DNA of 64,000 nt from Phoronis australis (lineage: Eukaryota > Animalia > Phoronida): the NCBI GenBank assembly GCA_002633005.1, contig NMRA01000358.1, positions 231,775-295,774 on the forward strand, read 5' to 3'. Shown piece by piece: positions 38,022-49,033 of this stretch; positions within the stretch are counted from its first letter, which is position 1, and the number at the start of each line of letters is the position of its first letter. Below the pieces are notes generated by a model. The model did no database searches. It was given only the letters and a program-made list of their open reading frames with translations, and was not told the origin of the DNA. The translations under genes were made by a program, and so were the position numbers.

Positions 38022-38655
38022 TACGAACAATGTTGATAATTGTGAATACTGTTAAAAAATGATAGAAAAACTGTTTCTTTCAATTTTAATGTCAGTTATT
38101 CCCAACTGACAAGTCGGATGGCCGTTTGACTTTGATTCGGTTTACTCGCTAATACTAGGAAATAATTACTAGTAATGACTTCCTGACGATACCCACTCGC
38201 CAATTAAAGCAACTACAATTGTTAAATAACAAATGTCTGCGACCGAAAGAATTAATCATGTTAAAGAAATGGCCGATTTTTAAAATAGGTAGTACCACTT
38301 TTCTCGCATTTGAACAAGCGTGCAAGTGCCCGGTTGCTACGAACAATGTTGATAATTGTGAATACTGTTAAAAATGATGGAAAATTGTTTATTTCAATTT
38401 TAATGTCAGTTATTCCGAACTGACAAGTCTGATGGCCGTTTGACTTTGATTCGGTTTACTTGGTAATACCAGGAAGTAATTACTAGTAATGCCTTCCTGA
38501 CAATACCCACTCGCCAATTAAAGCAACTACAATTGTTAAATAACAACTGTCTGCGACCGAATGAATTAATTACGTTAAAGAAATGGCCGATTTTTAAAAT
38601 AGGTAGTACCACTTTTATCGCATTTGAATCAGCGTGCCAGTGCCAAGTTGCATAA
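38022..38655. repeat. Direct tandem duplication, period about 316 bp
   Basis: TACGAACAATGTTGATAATTGTG starts at 38022 and 38338; the units are near-identical. Confidence 0.92.
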
Positions 38656-39054
38656 AAGAGTTCCAAAGGGACTCGATTAAGTTCTCTAAATACTACCGCG
38701 TATTTGAGGACTTGTGAAGAACCTTGATTGTCCCTTCTTATGTTGTTCAAATTTCATTACCATGTCAATTTTTAACTTTGATAAAAACGAGAGTGAATTC
38801 TCAAATTATTAAAGGTGCAAACGCCCCTAATTTAAGGACTAAGTCATCCTTTCTTTTTATTGAACTAATGTGGGCTCAAATTTTAGTCATATTATTAGGA
38901 AATGTCTGTAGTCAAAGACGAGCTTATAATCAAGATAAAATGATAGAAAATGCTACATCTATGAGTAAAGAACAACACAGATACGCAAAAGATTTAGAGA
39001 ACTTAGCTGAATCCCTGTTTGGGACTGTTTCACTTTGCATGCAACTGGGCACAG
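38640..39054. mobile_element. PIF/Harbinger-like MITE (13453 family)
   Basis: GTGCCAAGTTGCAT... / ...ATGCAACTGGGCACAG termini; internal similarity to 13453-13864 in reverse. Confidence 0.7.
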
Positions 39055-41424
39055 TTTTCAAGAACTTAGCACTGACACGACACCAGTCAGATACAGCACC
39101 CCTTAGGTTTTCAGGTTGCCACAACTGGCCAAAGTGTCCAAATGGCCAGTTGTGAAACGTTGTTGGCGAACGTCTACGGTATATTACACTAATGCCACAA
39201 GGCTTTTTCAGTACGACATAGTTTGAGCTTGTTACCTGGAGAGATAAATTATGCATTTCAAAAACTAGCTAACACTCTAGCGTTATCGCCACCACTTTCG
39301 CCGGCAGCGAAAACGTCCGTAATACCAAAACATTGTTTTTGTCCACATTTTTGAAACGAATTAGTCACCTGATGACACCTTAAATGGATCGGGACCTTTC
39401 CTTCTTTTTTAACCCCAGCGAAGCTGTTGCTAGCTAAAATGGAAAGTGGTCTTTTTCACCCAGCACCACCTGATGCTAGCTTTAAAACGCTGATTTCAAG
39501 GAAACGGAAACAGATTAAAACCATTATGGTATTTTTGCTTAACGTGTACAGTTGCAATTATCACCTTTACTGGCGCTTTGAATTTCTACAAAACTGCTGG
39601 CGTTTTACTAGCACTTTTGTAGCCAGATCGTTTCAAAAGAAATACATATGCAGGGAACTCACTTAATACTGAGAGTGAAAGTGCATTGACAGCGAAAATT
39701 GCCTCTTCGCATACAATACATCTGCCTAACTAAAACGCCATGGTTTTCGCCATTGAAAAACTACTTGTGTTTTCGCCACTCTTTCGGATTTAGCAATACT
39801 TTCACGTGTGTTTGGTTTGAATGCCTTCTGAAGTTGAGATGTAGATTTTTTGTTTCTGCAGTTCTCGAAAAAACTTATATGTTTTAAGATTTATTGAAAA
39901 AAATCCCTACGTTCATCCCACTGTGGACAGGGGTTGGTCAGATATCCCTCCAGTAATTTTACAATTTGCAGCTTCAGAGGCGAATTGTAAGTGACGACCA
40001 GTGAAAAATTGGTAATTAGGACACGGTGGAGAGTGCAAAGAGTGGCATTGTGTGTTCCCGCCAGTAACGTATTCTCAGCTTGTTGGTTGACAGGACATAC
40101 GTCGAACATAATTGATGTTTACCTTCCTATAGTCTGAATTTTTTTACGACTGTTTGACAAGAGCTGTGCTAACGTCAAAGAACAACTAAAATTGTATACT
40201 TTTCACCAGACTCGTTTCTGGAAGAATCTACGGCAAGTAAGTCGCTGTCATCATTTTAAGATTCTGTTGATCCATTAAAGGCGGCTCCCCAAATAAGGAC
40301 AATGAAGTTGCACTCGCCCAGACAATAACGTATTAGTGGTCGAACAAGAATTAATTTCACGTTAATGCGAAATCTTGTCACGTAGTAGAAGTGATTTGTA
40401 TCACTAGTTCGCTTAACTTGCCTCAGATACTTAATTATATTTTACTTCCCGTTACGGTTATGGTAGACCATATATCTAACTCTTTGTGTTTGCCTCTAGT
40501 GCAAAACTACAAATTTTAACTCAGTGAAAGTATATATTTTCTGAAATTGGGAGGTTCGTAGTTTTTGATTTGTCACTTTTCGCCAATCTGCCATTAATTT
40601 GGTCACATGACTATGGCGTTCATAGCAAAACAAAGGTATTAATAACATGACCAAATTTCATTTGATTTGAATTTTAAGGTGAAATCTCAAAAACGCTGTT
40701 ACAGTTTTCTAAATTGACATTTCGCCTTCGTTTTGTGCAAATTCTTATTTCTTTCATGATAAACGGTAAAAGTCCTATTTTTGATAGCCCCATGGAAAGT
40801 GGAACATTAAAATCATTTCCTTACAGCTTTTTGGAGAACGTTGCGTAAAGCATAGCATCTGATGCGATGTTCCGAAGTTGATCAAATTTGGCCATTTTTC
40901 TAGGGTTTTACAAAGCAATTAAGCGACAACAACCATAAGGTATCATTTGCTCAAAACTCTCATCATTCACAGCGAAACAACAAATATCTCCTGTAACAGA
41001 CCCACACAGTGACTGTTCTCTAAATTTCCTTCGTATTTGTGTCTTTGTTTGCTCACATATGATAGTTTTTCTGTCATTTTATCTTTATTATGGGCTATTA
41101 TTTTCACTAATGACATCTTCTAATCAATAAATAGGGCAGTTGCGAACTCCTCTGTTCACGCGCGTTGTCGCTTGATTTGATTTTGTTGCGTGTGGGCAAA
41201 ATCAAGGTTCGCAAAGAGCTAATTGTTATTCTTGACGTCATTCGCGTCATGGAGATACGATATTTCCATCGTAAAAGGACGCTGAAGTCGGTGAAATAAA
41301 CATAATTTTTCATCTTTGACTTGACTTACCTATAGTCTTCATACTTTGATAGTCGTTTACACACCGTGCTGTGACGTCTTTCCACGAATACTTTCTGGGC
41401 GTAAGTGCGCGTGCGTACGGGTGC

Positions 41425-42618
41425 ATGAACGTTATGGGACACAACACCGTCTCCAACTGGACCAGCAACTCATCCGAGTTTGACCTTAACGCAACTGTTG
41501 ATGTCACCATCAATGTGAATACAACTGTCTCGTCTGATTACGATCAGTATTTAAATGAAATTTTGGCAATTTGCATTGAGATCGGAAGATATGGTCGAAT
41601 TATCATACCTGTTGTGGGTCTGATAGGTAACATGTTGACTTTATTAGTTTTCTCTGTTCAGTTATATCAACGAAAGACTTCTTCCAGCGTATACTTTATA
41701 GGTATGGCCGTTGGCGACTCCATAGTTCTGTTTTGTGCAATTGTGTTTTTCCTGGACATGCGGAAGACGATACCAGAAATCACCAGCGTGCCATTTGTGT
41801 GTTCTTTAACTTACTTTCTCAGTCACGGAGCCCAGTTCCTATCTGCATGGTCCTTGGTAGCGCTCTCCATAGAACGCCTTGTCGCCGTTACAAAACCGTT
41901 CAAGTACAAGGCCCTTTGCACTGTCCGCCGAAGTATCGCTACAGTGCTGTGTTCGACCGTTGTGGGCTTCGGTTATTGTACACACTATTTCGAAACTTAC
42001 AGCCCTGCTGGTGTACACTGTGTCCTTAAAGTTGAATATGCTGACGTGTTCTTGATGGTAAATAGTTGGATTCGCATGACTCTGTATTCGTTCTTGCCGT
42101 CCGTCATAATGATCGCCAACAGTACAATCATGATAAAAAAACTGCGCGAAAAAGAAAATTCGGTGAACATATCAAGTGAAATGTCTCGCAGCAAGCTTAT
42201 TACTCGCCTTCTGTTGATTGTGACATTTTTCTTTCTAATTTTCAGCCTTCCGACCTCAATAAATAACATATGTATCGTCATGTTACCAGAATACAGGTTC
42301 TCTAAACTTCGAAAGATCATCACCAGCTTAGCGCCCATTGCAACTAGTGTTAACCACGCGGCTAATTTCTATTTGTACATTGGTTCTGGCTCGGCATTTC
42401 GACGAGAAACGAAAGTCACGTTGTACGGCTTGTTTGCTTGGTGTGGATGCGCAAGGTCGAGCAACGTCAAGAGCACGAAAAGTATCTGGGGTAAAAACAC
42501 ACCAGCACACACAGGGGGCTCCAGGTCTGTCAGTCTTATGGCGCTCCATACCAAGAGTGAGTTGTCGGTAGACATTGGGACAGGGCCGTCGGGCTCTTCA
42601 TCAAACGTCAGTTCATAA
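41425..42618 (+). CDS. Intronless rhodopsin-family (class A) GPCR, FMRFamide-receptor-like group, 397 aa
   Basis: Seven hydrophobic segments. TM1 GLIGN, TM2 MAVGD, TM3 Cys and SIERLV (E/DRY site), ECL2 Cys (HCVL), TM5 FLPS, TM6 FSLP, TM7 NHAANFYLY. N-terminal N-glycosylation sequons NWT, NSS, NAT, NTT. First in-frame ATG is at 41425; the ORF track starts at an upstream GTG. Confidence 0.93.
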   Translation: MNVMGHNTVSNWTSNSSEFDLNATVDVTINVNTTVSSDYDQYLNEILAICIEIGRYGRIIIPVVGLIGNMLTLLVFSVQLYQRKTSSSVYFIGMAVGDSIVLFCAIVFFLDMRKTIPEITSVPFVCSLTYFLSHGAQFLSAWSLVALSIERLVAVTKPFKYKALCTVRRSIATVLCSTVVGFGYCTHYFETYSPAGVHCVLKVEYADVFLMVNSWIRMTLYSFLPSVIMIANSTIMIKKLREKENSVNISSEMSRSKLITRLLLIVTFFFLIFSLPTSINNICIVMLPEYRFSKLRKIITSLAPIATSVNHAANFYLYIGSGSAFRRETKVTLYGLFAWCGCARSSNVKSTKSIWGKNTPAHTGGSRSVSLMALHTKSELSVDIGTGPSGSSSNVSS

Positions 42619-43741
42619 AGTAGTGGAGAATGGCTCGTGCTGACTTAGACCAGGATGGTAGCAAGTGATGTCCGGCAGGTGCAAGGACTGGTGGCAAAAT
42701 GTTTTGATAAAAGCGAGTAAGCTTCAGTAGTCCTACTGCGACGGTTAACCAAGTGCTACCATAGCCATTACCTGACTGCTTCTTGTTGACGGTCTAGAGA
42801 TTTGGAATTAAAGTTGGAAAAAATGTGTCAATATAGGACGCCCTGAAGTGCTTTTACTCTTAACGCGTGATGCATATTGACAAGGAGGAATGTTTCAATT
42901 AATGCTTTGAAAATCCAAGTAATCCAAGTTACGAAGGATGCGTCACAGGGATACTATTGAATCATCGCATGTTGCGCCGTGACGAACCACCTACGAACCC
43001 CATGTTTGTGCATACGAACCGATGAATCATGCATACCAAACCCATGAATCATGCATACCAACCCACGAATCACGCAAACGAACCCAAAAATCACGCATGT
43101 GAACAAGTGTCATGGGCGCGAACCACAAATATCATACATACGAACCCAATATCATGCACACGAGCATCGAATCACTCTCACGAACACTTTATTGTTTGGT
43201 GGTTCGTCTCGCATCAGTCTCTATAATGGCAGAAGATTCTGCTGAACAACTCTGACATCTCATTCTTTATTGGTCAATGGAAGGCGTGAACCGCTCATGA
43301 AAGCATGGGTTTTGTACCTGTACTGCTTATTTAAACTGAAGCGAATCGAGTAAAAATAGATGAGGGTTTTCTGTAGTATATGTCACGAAGAGAATATCGA
43401 AAAGTTAACCGGAGTTTCCGAAACCGATGTCGATTGAAGGAATGTGGGTCAAGGGTCAATGTGACTGAAAAGTTGTTAAACAATTTCTCTCCAAGTTCCT
43501 ACATGTGGATCTCAAATGCCAAGGGGTGGACAATCTCAATTTTCGAAGAAAATTGTCCGCGTGGCAACTAAAAACGACGTGTCAGTGGCCTTTTTCGGTG
43601 GTATCCCAGAAGGAGAGGACTGAGTCCAGATCTTGTTAGACCGCTAATGGTGGAGCTGCAATATGATACTTGTTGAATTAAGCAGCTATTAATACTCTTC
43701 CCATGATGGGAAATCACATTTTGATTTAGTCCACTTCGATT

Positions 43742-44280
43742 AGTGGTCTTAAAAGCGGTTTGTTTGTCGAAATAGACTTGATTTCGAGACTTGGAAAGAA
43801 CTAGTTAAATCAATGTTTTAGATTAGGATATATATAGATACAAGTTGGCTTGTCATGGTGCGCGTGGTCTCTAGCAATGATCGGCGTACTGTTTTGCAAG
43901 ACCCGGAAATCACTTCTCGTCTGACGGAATGCGGGTTTATTGCCGTTTTTCATGATAAAATTTTATTTAAGAACGTTAAATGTAATATCTTGGAGTGATT
44001 GTTTCTCAAAACCGTTAATTCTGAAACCATATGAAGCGGCGTGTTTTATTTCCATGTAAACACGTCATTGGGTAACGGACTGTGCCCTAGTAGGGACTCT
44101 GGATAAACAGAGTAGACGAGTTTTTGAAGTTGGCCTCGGCAACTACATATTGGTCAATTCAATACGCAGATAGGCAATCTAATTGTAAGAGCTCGTCGAG
44201 GCCGCAAACCTGCATTTTGTTTGGCAACCCGGTCGCGAAAAATCTTGTACCTGCGGCAGAAGTAGAATCTACTGTGGGTA
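43742..44280 (+). repeat. Uninterrupted copy of the interspersed repeat that is split at 370-892 and 1647-1870
   Basis: Shared blocks TGATTTCGAGACTT, AGTTGGCTTGTC, AGTGATTGTTTCTC and CTGGATAAACA in the same order. Confidence 0.65.
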
Positions 44281-44560
44281 CCAAAGTTAATCGAGCTGAG
44301 ACCCAATCGGATGACTATATGGTAAAAATACGAGACAAAAATACGAGCGTGAAATTACGAGCGTAAACTTCTTCAGAGAACACGTGACCTACAAACCAAT
44401 TTCGAATTGGATATAACAATTTCGCTGGTAAACCTTGAGTGAAGTCTCGAACATAATTACGCTCGTATTTGTGACTGATTTCGGTCGTAATTAAGCACGA
44501 GCGGAGTCTCGATCGTAATTACGAGCGAGACTTTCCCCCGAACGGCCCACGATACTATTC

Positions 44561-44991
44561 CACTGGGATTTTCCGTAGATAAGCCCACCCGATGAAATGC
44601 CCATGGGCGTTTATTTGGAAAATTATGTCGACTAAACGCCCATGGGCGTTTATTTGGTGTTACAATGCCGGTGTCAAGTGTACAGATAGTGTGGGGTTTG
44701 GAAATTTCCTCTTAAAAGCCCACTCACTGTCATTTTTTGTAACAAATTCAGTCTTGTGGAGCATTTATCATTTATAGAAACGCGCAAGGTGTGCATTTAT
44801 TAACATAAAATTTACAAACACATTTTTAAGTAAAAAATGTCAAAGTCAACAAAACTATGACTTTCCGTTTACACGTCTGCCTTAAGTTTTCTGAATCAAT
44901 GCCTGCGTATTGATTTAGTGCTACTAAAACGCCTGAAAATTTTTATTTTCCAAATACACGCCCATGAGCTAATGTATGGAAAATCCCGGTG
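44561..44991. mobile_element. MITE (possibly pogo/Tigger-like)
   Basis: TIR CACTGGGATTTTCCGTA / TATGGAAAATCCCGGTG; repeated CCCATGGGCGTTTATTTGG subterminal motif. Confidence 0.6.
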
Positions 44992-45640
44992 ATGCTGAAA
45001 CGCGAGTGGCGTATACGAAATTATTTTTGACTTCAGCGACATCTATAGATCAGCCTCCCGTTCAGTAACGCTAAGACCTCACTAAAAAGCAAGACTTAGC
45101 GGGATTACGTGAGATATTTGCCGTGTATTTTGAATAAGAACCCGTGGCTTTGGCTAGACTTTAGCTAGGTCCTAGCGTAGGTCCTAGCGTTATTGAAAGC
45201 ACGCCTGGTCTCCTCGCTGGTTTCCTACTTGCCTAGCCAGCACGCGTGCTGTCACCGACCACCTAGCGGCAAGCAGGCAACCAGCCACTAGATCAGGTGT
45301 GAGTTTGCCGAAATTGACGTTCGCGTGCGTTTGAGTCAACATTTTCAAACGATATGGAACAAAAAGTTGATCAGATCACATTTTGTTGAAAAATCACAGC
45401 TCTTTCTAAATGAATAAATTGTCATTTCTCTTGGCTTAGGAAAATATCCAAAAATCTTTGATTTGTCATGTCACTCTTCTTGGTGATGTCTTCTTGGTGC
45501 CAAGTGCAAAGCATGCCGGTTTAAACTTCGACCCTTCACTGTAAGGCTTCACGCGAAGTTTGCAGCCATTCTTTTGTGGCTTTGCTTCTTTTCTCGTAAC
45601 ATCTTTTTCATTTCGCACACGACGACATGTTGAACAGGAN

Positions 45641-45897
45641 AAGGCACGGGAATAACCAGAATTTCGGCAGATGCGCGCGCCCAGCCTAAAATGTGGGGAT
45701 ACACAGGCCTCAAATGTTTGGGGTTGCGGACCTGAAAAAAAACGGTAAACGGGGTTTGTTCAGTTTGCTCAGGGCCTATGCATTGTTTATTCACCCCCGA
45801 CGAACCCCTGCTTGCGCGCTCCCGAACTCCCAAATGGTATCTGGTAGAATTTTAGGGCGGGGCATGGCCCCCTTGGACTCCACTAAATCCGCCACTG
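45641..45897. mobile_element. Reverse copy of the 15720-16015 MITE, cut at an ambiguous base (n at 45640)
   Basis: Ends CTAAATCCGCCACTG; internal blocks are the reverse complement of 15720-15980. Confidence 0.75.
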
Positions 45898-46519
45898 GGA
45901 GGCATTAGTCTTATAACAGCGAGAACTCGTCTTGTCTTGTCAGGTCCTCAATGTTTCGTGCCAGATATCACACTATCTCCGTGAGAGAAACATGCCGTGA
46001 TAGCGTGTGTCGCCAAAAGACCCATTATCTAGCTATTTAAAAGTAGCTAGTTAAACTTTTATATGGTGAAGTAGGTATCATTCGCATCTCAAAAGACATC
46101 GCCAGTTGATAAAAAAAAAACTTGAGAAATGCATTGACATTCGGTGACGGTAGCGTTTTGTGGAGTACTGCATATCTCATTTACAACCAAAATAACCTAG
46201 TTCGGTTGTCCGATTTGACAGGATTGGATTTCTAAGGCTGGTTTAATAATTATCACGGGTTAACTACTCTAGTTTGGGATACGCACTTGGTATGTTTGGA
46301 TGAACCCCCGAGCCTTTCAGAACCTTGTACGTTTTCAGTTATCATGTGGTTTGTTTTAATTCAATGTGCATTATTTTATCTAGAAGATATGATCAAGGTC
46401 ATCCGCGATTGGTTGGCTGCAGCAATAAAATTTGCTTAGATTACAATGAAATTGCAAAAGAAAAAATCAAGAATATTTTGTTACAAAAGTATTGCAAAAA
46501 GTATTGCAAAACACCAAAC

Positions 46520-47104
46520 AAAAAAAATATTCCTTGCCTTTTACACTTCCCCTCGATCCATGCATTAAATATGTTAAGTATATGTTGTTGCATAACAGGG
46601 TGTATACTAACTCTTTGTTAGATAAGATGAAGATTGTTAATTCAGACAAATGTCTCTACTGTGAATCTAAAGCAGAATACTGAACACATGTTTGTCCATT
46701 GTAATGTAGTGCAAAGAATGTTGATTAATGTTCAAGATATTATGACATCTTCCCTTAAGGAGGATGTCAAAATAACCAAGAATGTATTCATGTTTTGCCA
46801 TTTGAGTTCTCCTCAGTGAATTCTCCCTGTTGATTAATTATGTTAACACTGTCACCCAATATTTTATTTATTTACGTAAGCCACAGCAGTTGCGTCCAGA
46901 TTGGTCTGTCTTTAATTCATCGGTTGACATATGTTAAAATTATAATATTTAATTTCCAAAAACAAAAAGAATAGGACAACATAATTAGAATGCGGGAGAG
47001 CTTCAGTGCTGCCATGTAATGAATCTGTAATTAAATGCTTAAATTCATGTATTGTTTAGTGTTATTTCTATGAAATGACGTATATTGTTTTAGTGTTATT
47101 TCTA

Positions 47105-47144
<40 letters not shown>

Positions 47145-47240
47145 CGTGCGTGTGTGCGTGCGTGTGAAAGCTTTACCCCTTTTCCTTGTTCAGCCTTCAA
47201 CGAAGTGTTGTAGGTGTATGTTGTTGAAGAATAAAAAAAG
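46520..47240 (+). mobile_element. 3' end of a decayed L1/Tx1-type LINE
   Basis: YMLLHNRVYTNSLLDKMKIVNSDKCLYCE...TEHMFVHC (frameshifted), then (GT)n and AATAAAAAAA. Confidence 0.75.
47107..47166. repeat. (GT)n/(GCGT)n microsatellite
   Basis: Directly visible. Confidence 0.95.
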
Positions 47241-48761
47241 TGGTTTGCCCTATTTTTCTCTGTTTCTTTTGTTTGAAAATCAACTTTCCAAGCAATTTCA
47301 TCGTATCCTTGTAGTTAGTAAAACATTGGAGCATTGCAATTGTTGATCAATATTCAAATTTTGTCCTCTTGCATGTTTCAGCGAACATGGAATAACACAA
47401 CTTTGTGCTCCACATTACTTACATTTTCCCATTTTTTAAACAGTTTATTTCACATTGAGAATAGTACAAGAAGTGGCGCAATTATTGCCCGCAGATCGAA
47501 AACGTTATATGCAAGGAGATTAGCAAATTACAACAATAAGATGGTCATTGCAGTTATAAAAATAACAGAAGGAATTGTTACAGTGTAAGGATATTGAACT
47601 ATCTAATTACAAAAACAAAGACGAACAGACACACACAAAAGCACATAAAGGCTATATCAATGAAACTGATATAATCAAAATTAAGGGCTCACCCAAATTG
47701 TTTCAAAAGTGTTGCTGTTGGTCGTGAATGACTTGTACTTCAATATACAGAATGGTTGTAGGAGGCCAGGGGAAGAATTCGTTGGCGTATTAGTGCATGA
47801 GGCAGAGTTTGACAAATTTCAGTATGTTAAATTTGCTCCTTTCGGCGATGGGGTCTGATTGTGATATAGGGTAGCCGTATCCAACTGCAAAGAAGATGAA
47901 AAATTATCCAGAATTGAGGTCCGTTCTTGCCCTATCTTTTCCTACTGCTTGTCTCTCTTGATCGTGTACTTTGTTAACAAAATATCGCCGCCTTTCCCAT
48001 ACGTACTCGTTCAGGTTTGAAAACCTAAATTTGATACATACGCCTATGATCATCAAAACGGTACAAATATCCGTCACGTAGCTTAAACTGGTTCAAATGG
48101 CTAAAAACCAGTGTGCTCACTTGTGGGTTGGGTAACTGTTGTTATAGTGACAATAAACAGTTGTGAACAAAATCAGCTACTGAGATGGGAAATTTTAGTA
48201 CATCTTAGATCGGACTCTCCTTTTAACTGTTGCTGATTTCCTTTTTTTGAATTAAAATATCCTTTCATATTGTGGAAGTGGTAGGCCTACCATAGGCCTG
48301 TGCGTAGTAGCAAAATTAATAGTTTCCCATCCGATGAATAAATTTATGCTACTAAGTCGTATCGTCAATTCACATGAATATCTTCGACGGCAGTGGTGTG
48401 AAAAATTTACGCTCTCAGCCCGGCGTCGGGAGCTTGGTCATAGCAGGACACTTGCACCGGAACTCCTACATGAATAGTTCACCTGTGGCAGTGAAAGAGC
48501 ATACAGTGCTTGTCCAATTGCAGACTTGTATTTCGGTCATGTGATCTCAGGAGTTTAAATTGTGACTGTAGTGTTTTATGGAGTATGGTGTGAGTAATAT
48601 TAAAAATTGTCTTCCTGTGTTTAGCGACTGTGTTCTGAGGGACCATCGACTACCTACAGCCCATTTTCAAGGTCTTCACCGAGATCACTCGACAAGAGAG
48701 ATAAACTTTTTAAATACTACCAAAACGAGACATCTGAGTCAAGTGCTCGAACAGAATAACA

Positions 48762-48772
48762 AATATGGCCGC
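48762..48772 (+). promoter_or_regulatory. YY1-like motif near the presumed sidekick transcription start
   Basis: AATATGGCCGC resembles AANATGGCG and lies about 160 nt upstream of the sidekick ATG. Motif match only. Confidence 0.3.
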
Positions 48773-48924
48773 TCACTTGTTTTGATCGGTTTATAGACCT
48801 ATGGTACTGAGACGTGGAGCTGTGACTTCTCCATTTTGGTTATTGTGGAACGCAGATTAATTTTAGTGACAAGACTGTTATGGATCTTTGAGGGATTGGA
48901 TTTGCAAAGGTGTAAGAATGCGAA

Positions 48925-49033
48925 ATGGATTCAAGGACTGTGAACAAAATATTGAGTGACAGTGGACAAGGACTTGTGTGTTGTATACTGTTCTTGGTTC
49001 TGTCGTCACTCACATGTCCCATTTGTGGCCAAC
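48925..49033 (+). CDS. sdk: Sidekick exon 1: signal peptide
   Basis: MDSRTVNKILSDSGQGLVCCILFLVLSSLTCPICGQ, then a phase-1 donor C|GTAAGT that joins in frame to the Ig1 exon at 54323. Confidence 0.75.

Noticed and set aside
41733-42575. ORFs overlapping or antisense to the GPCR
   Set aside because: Shadow frames of the real coding sequence.
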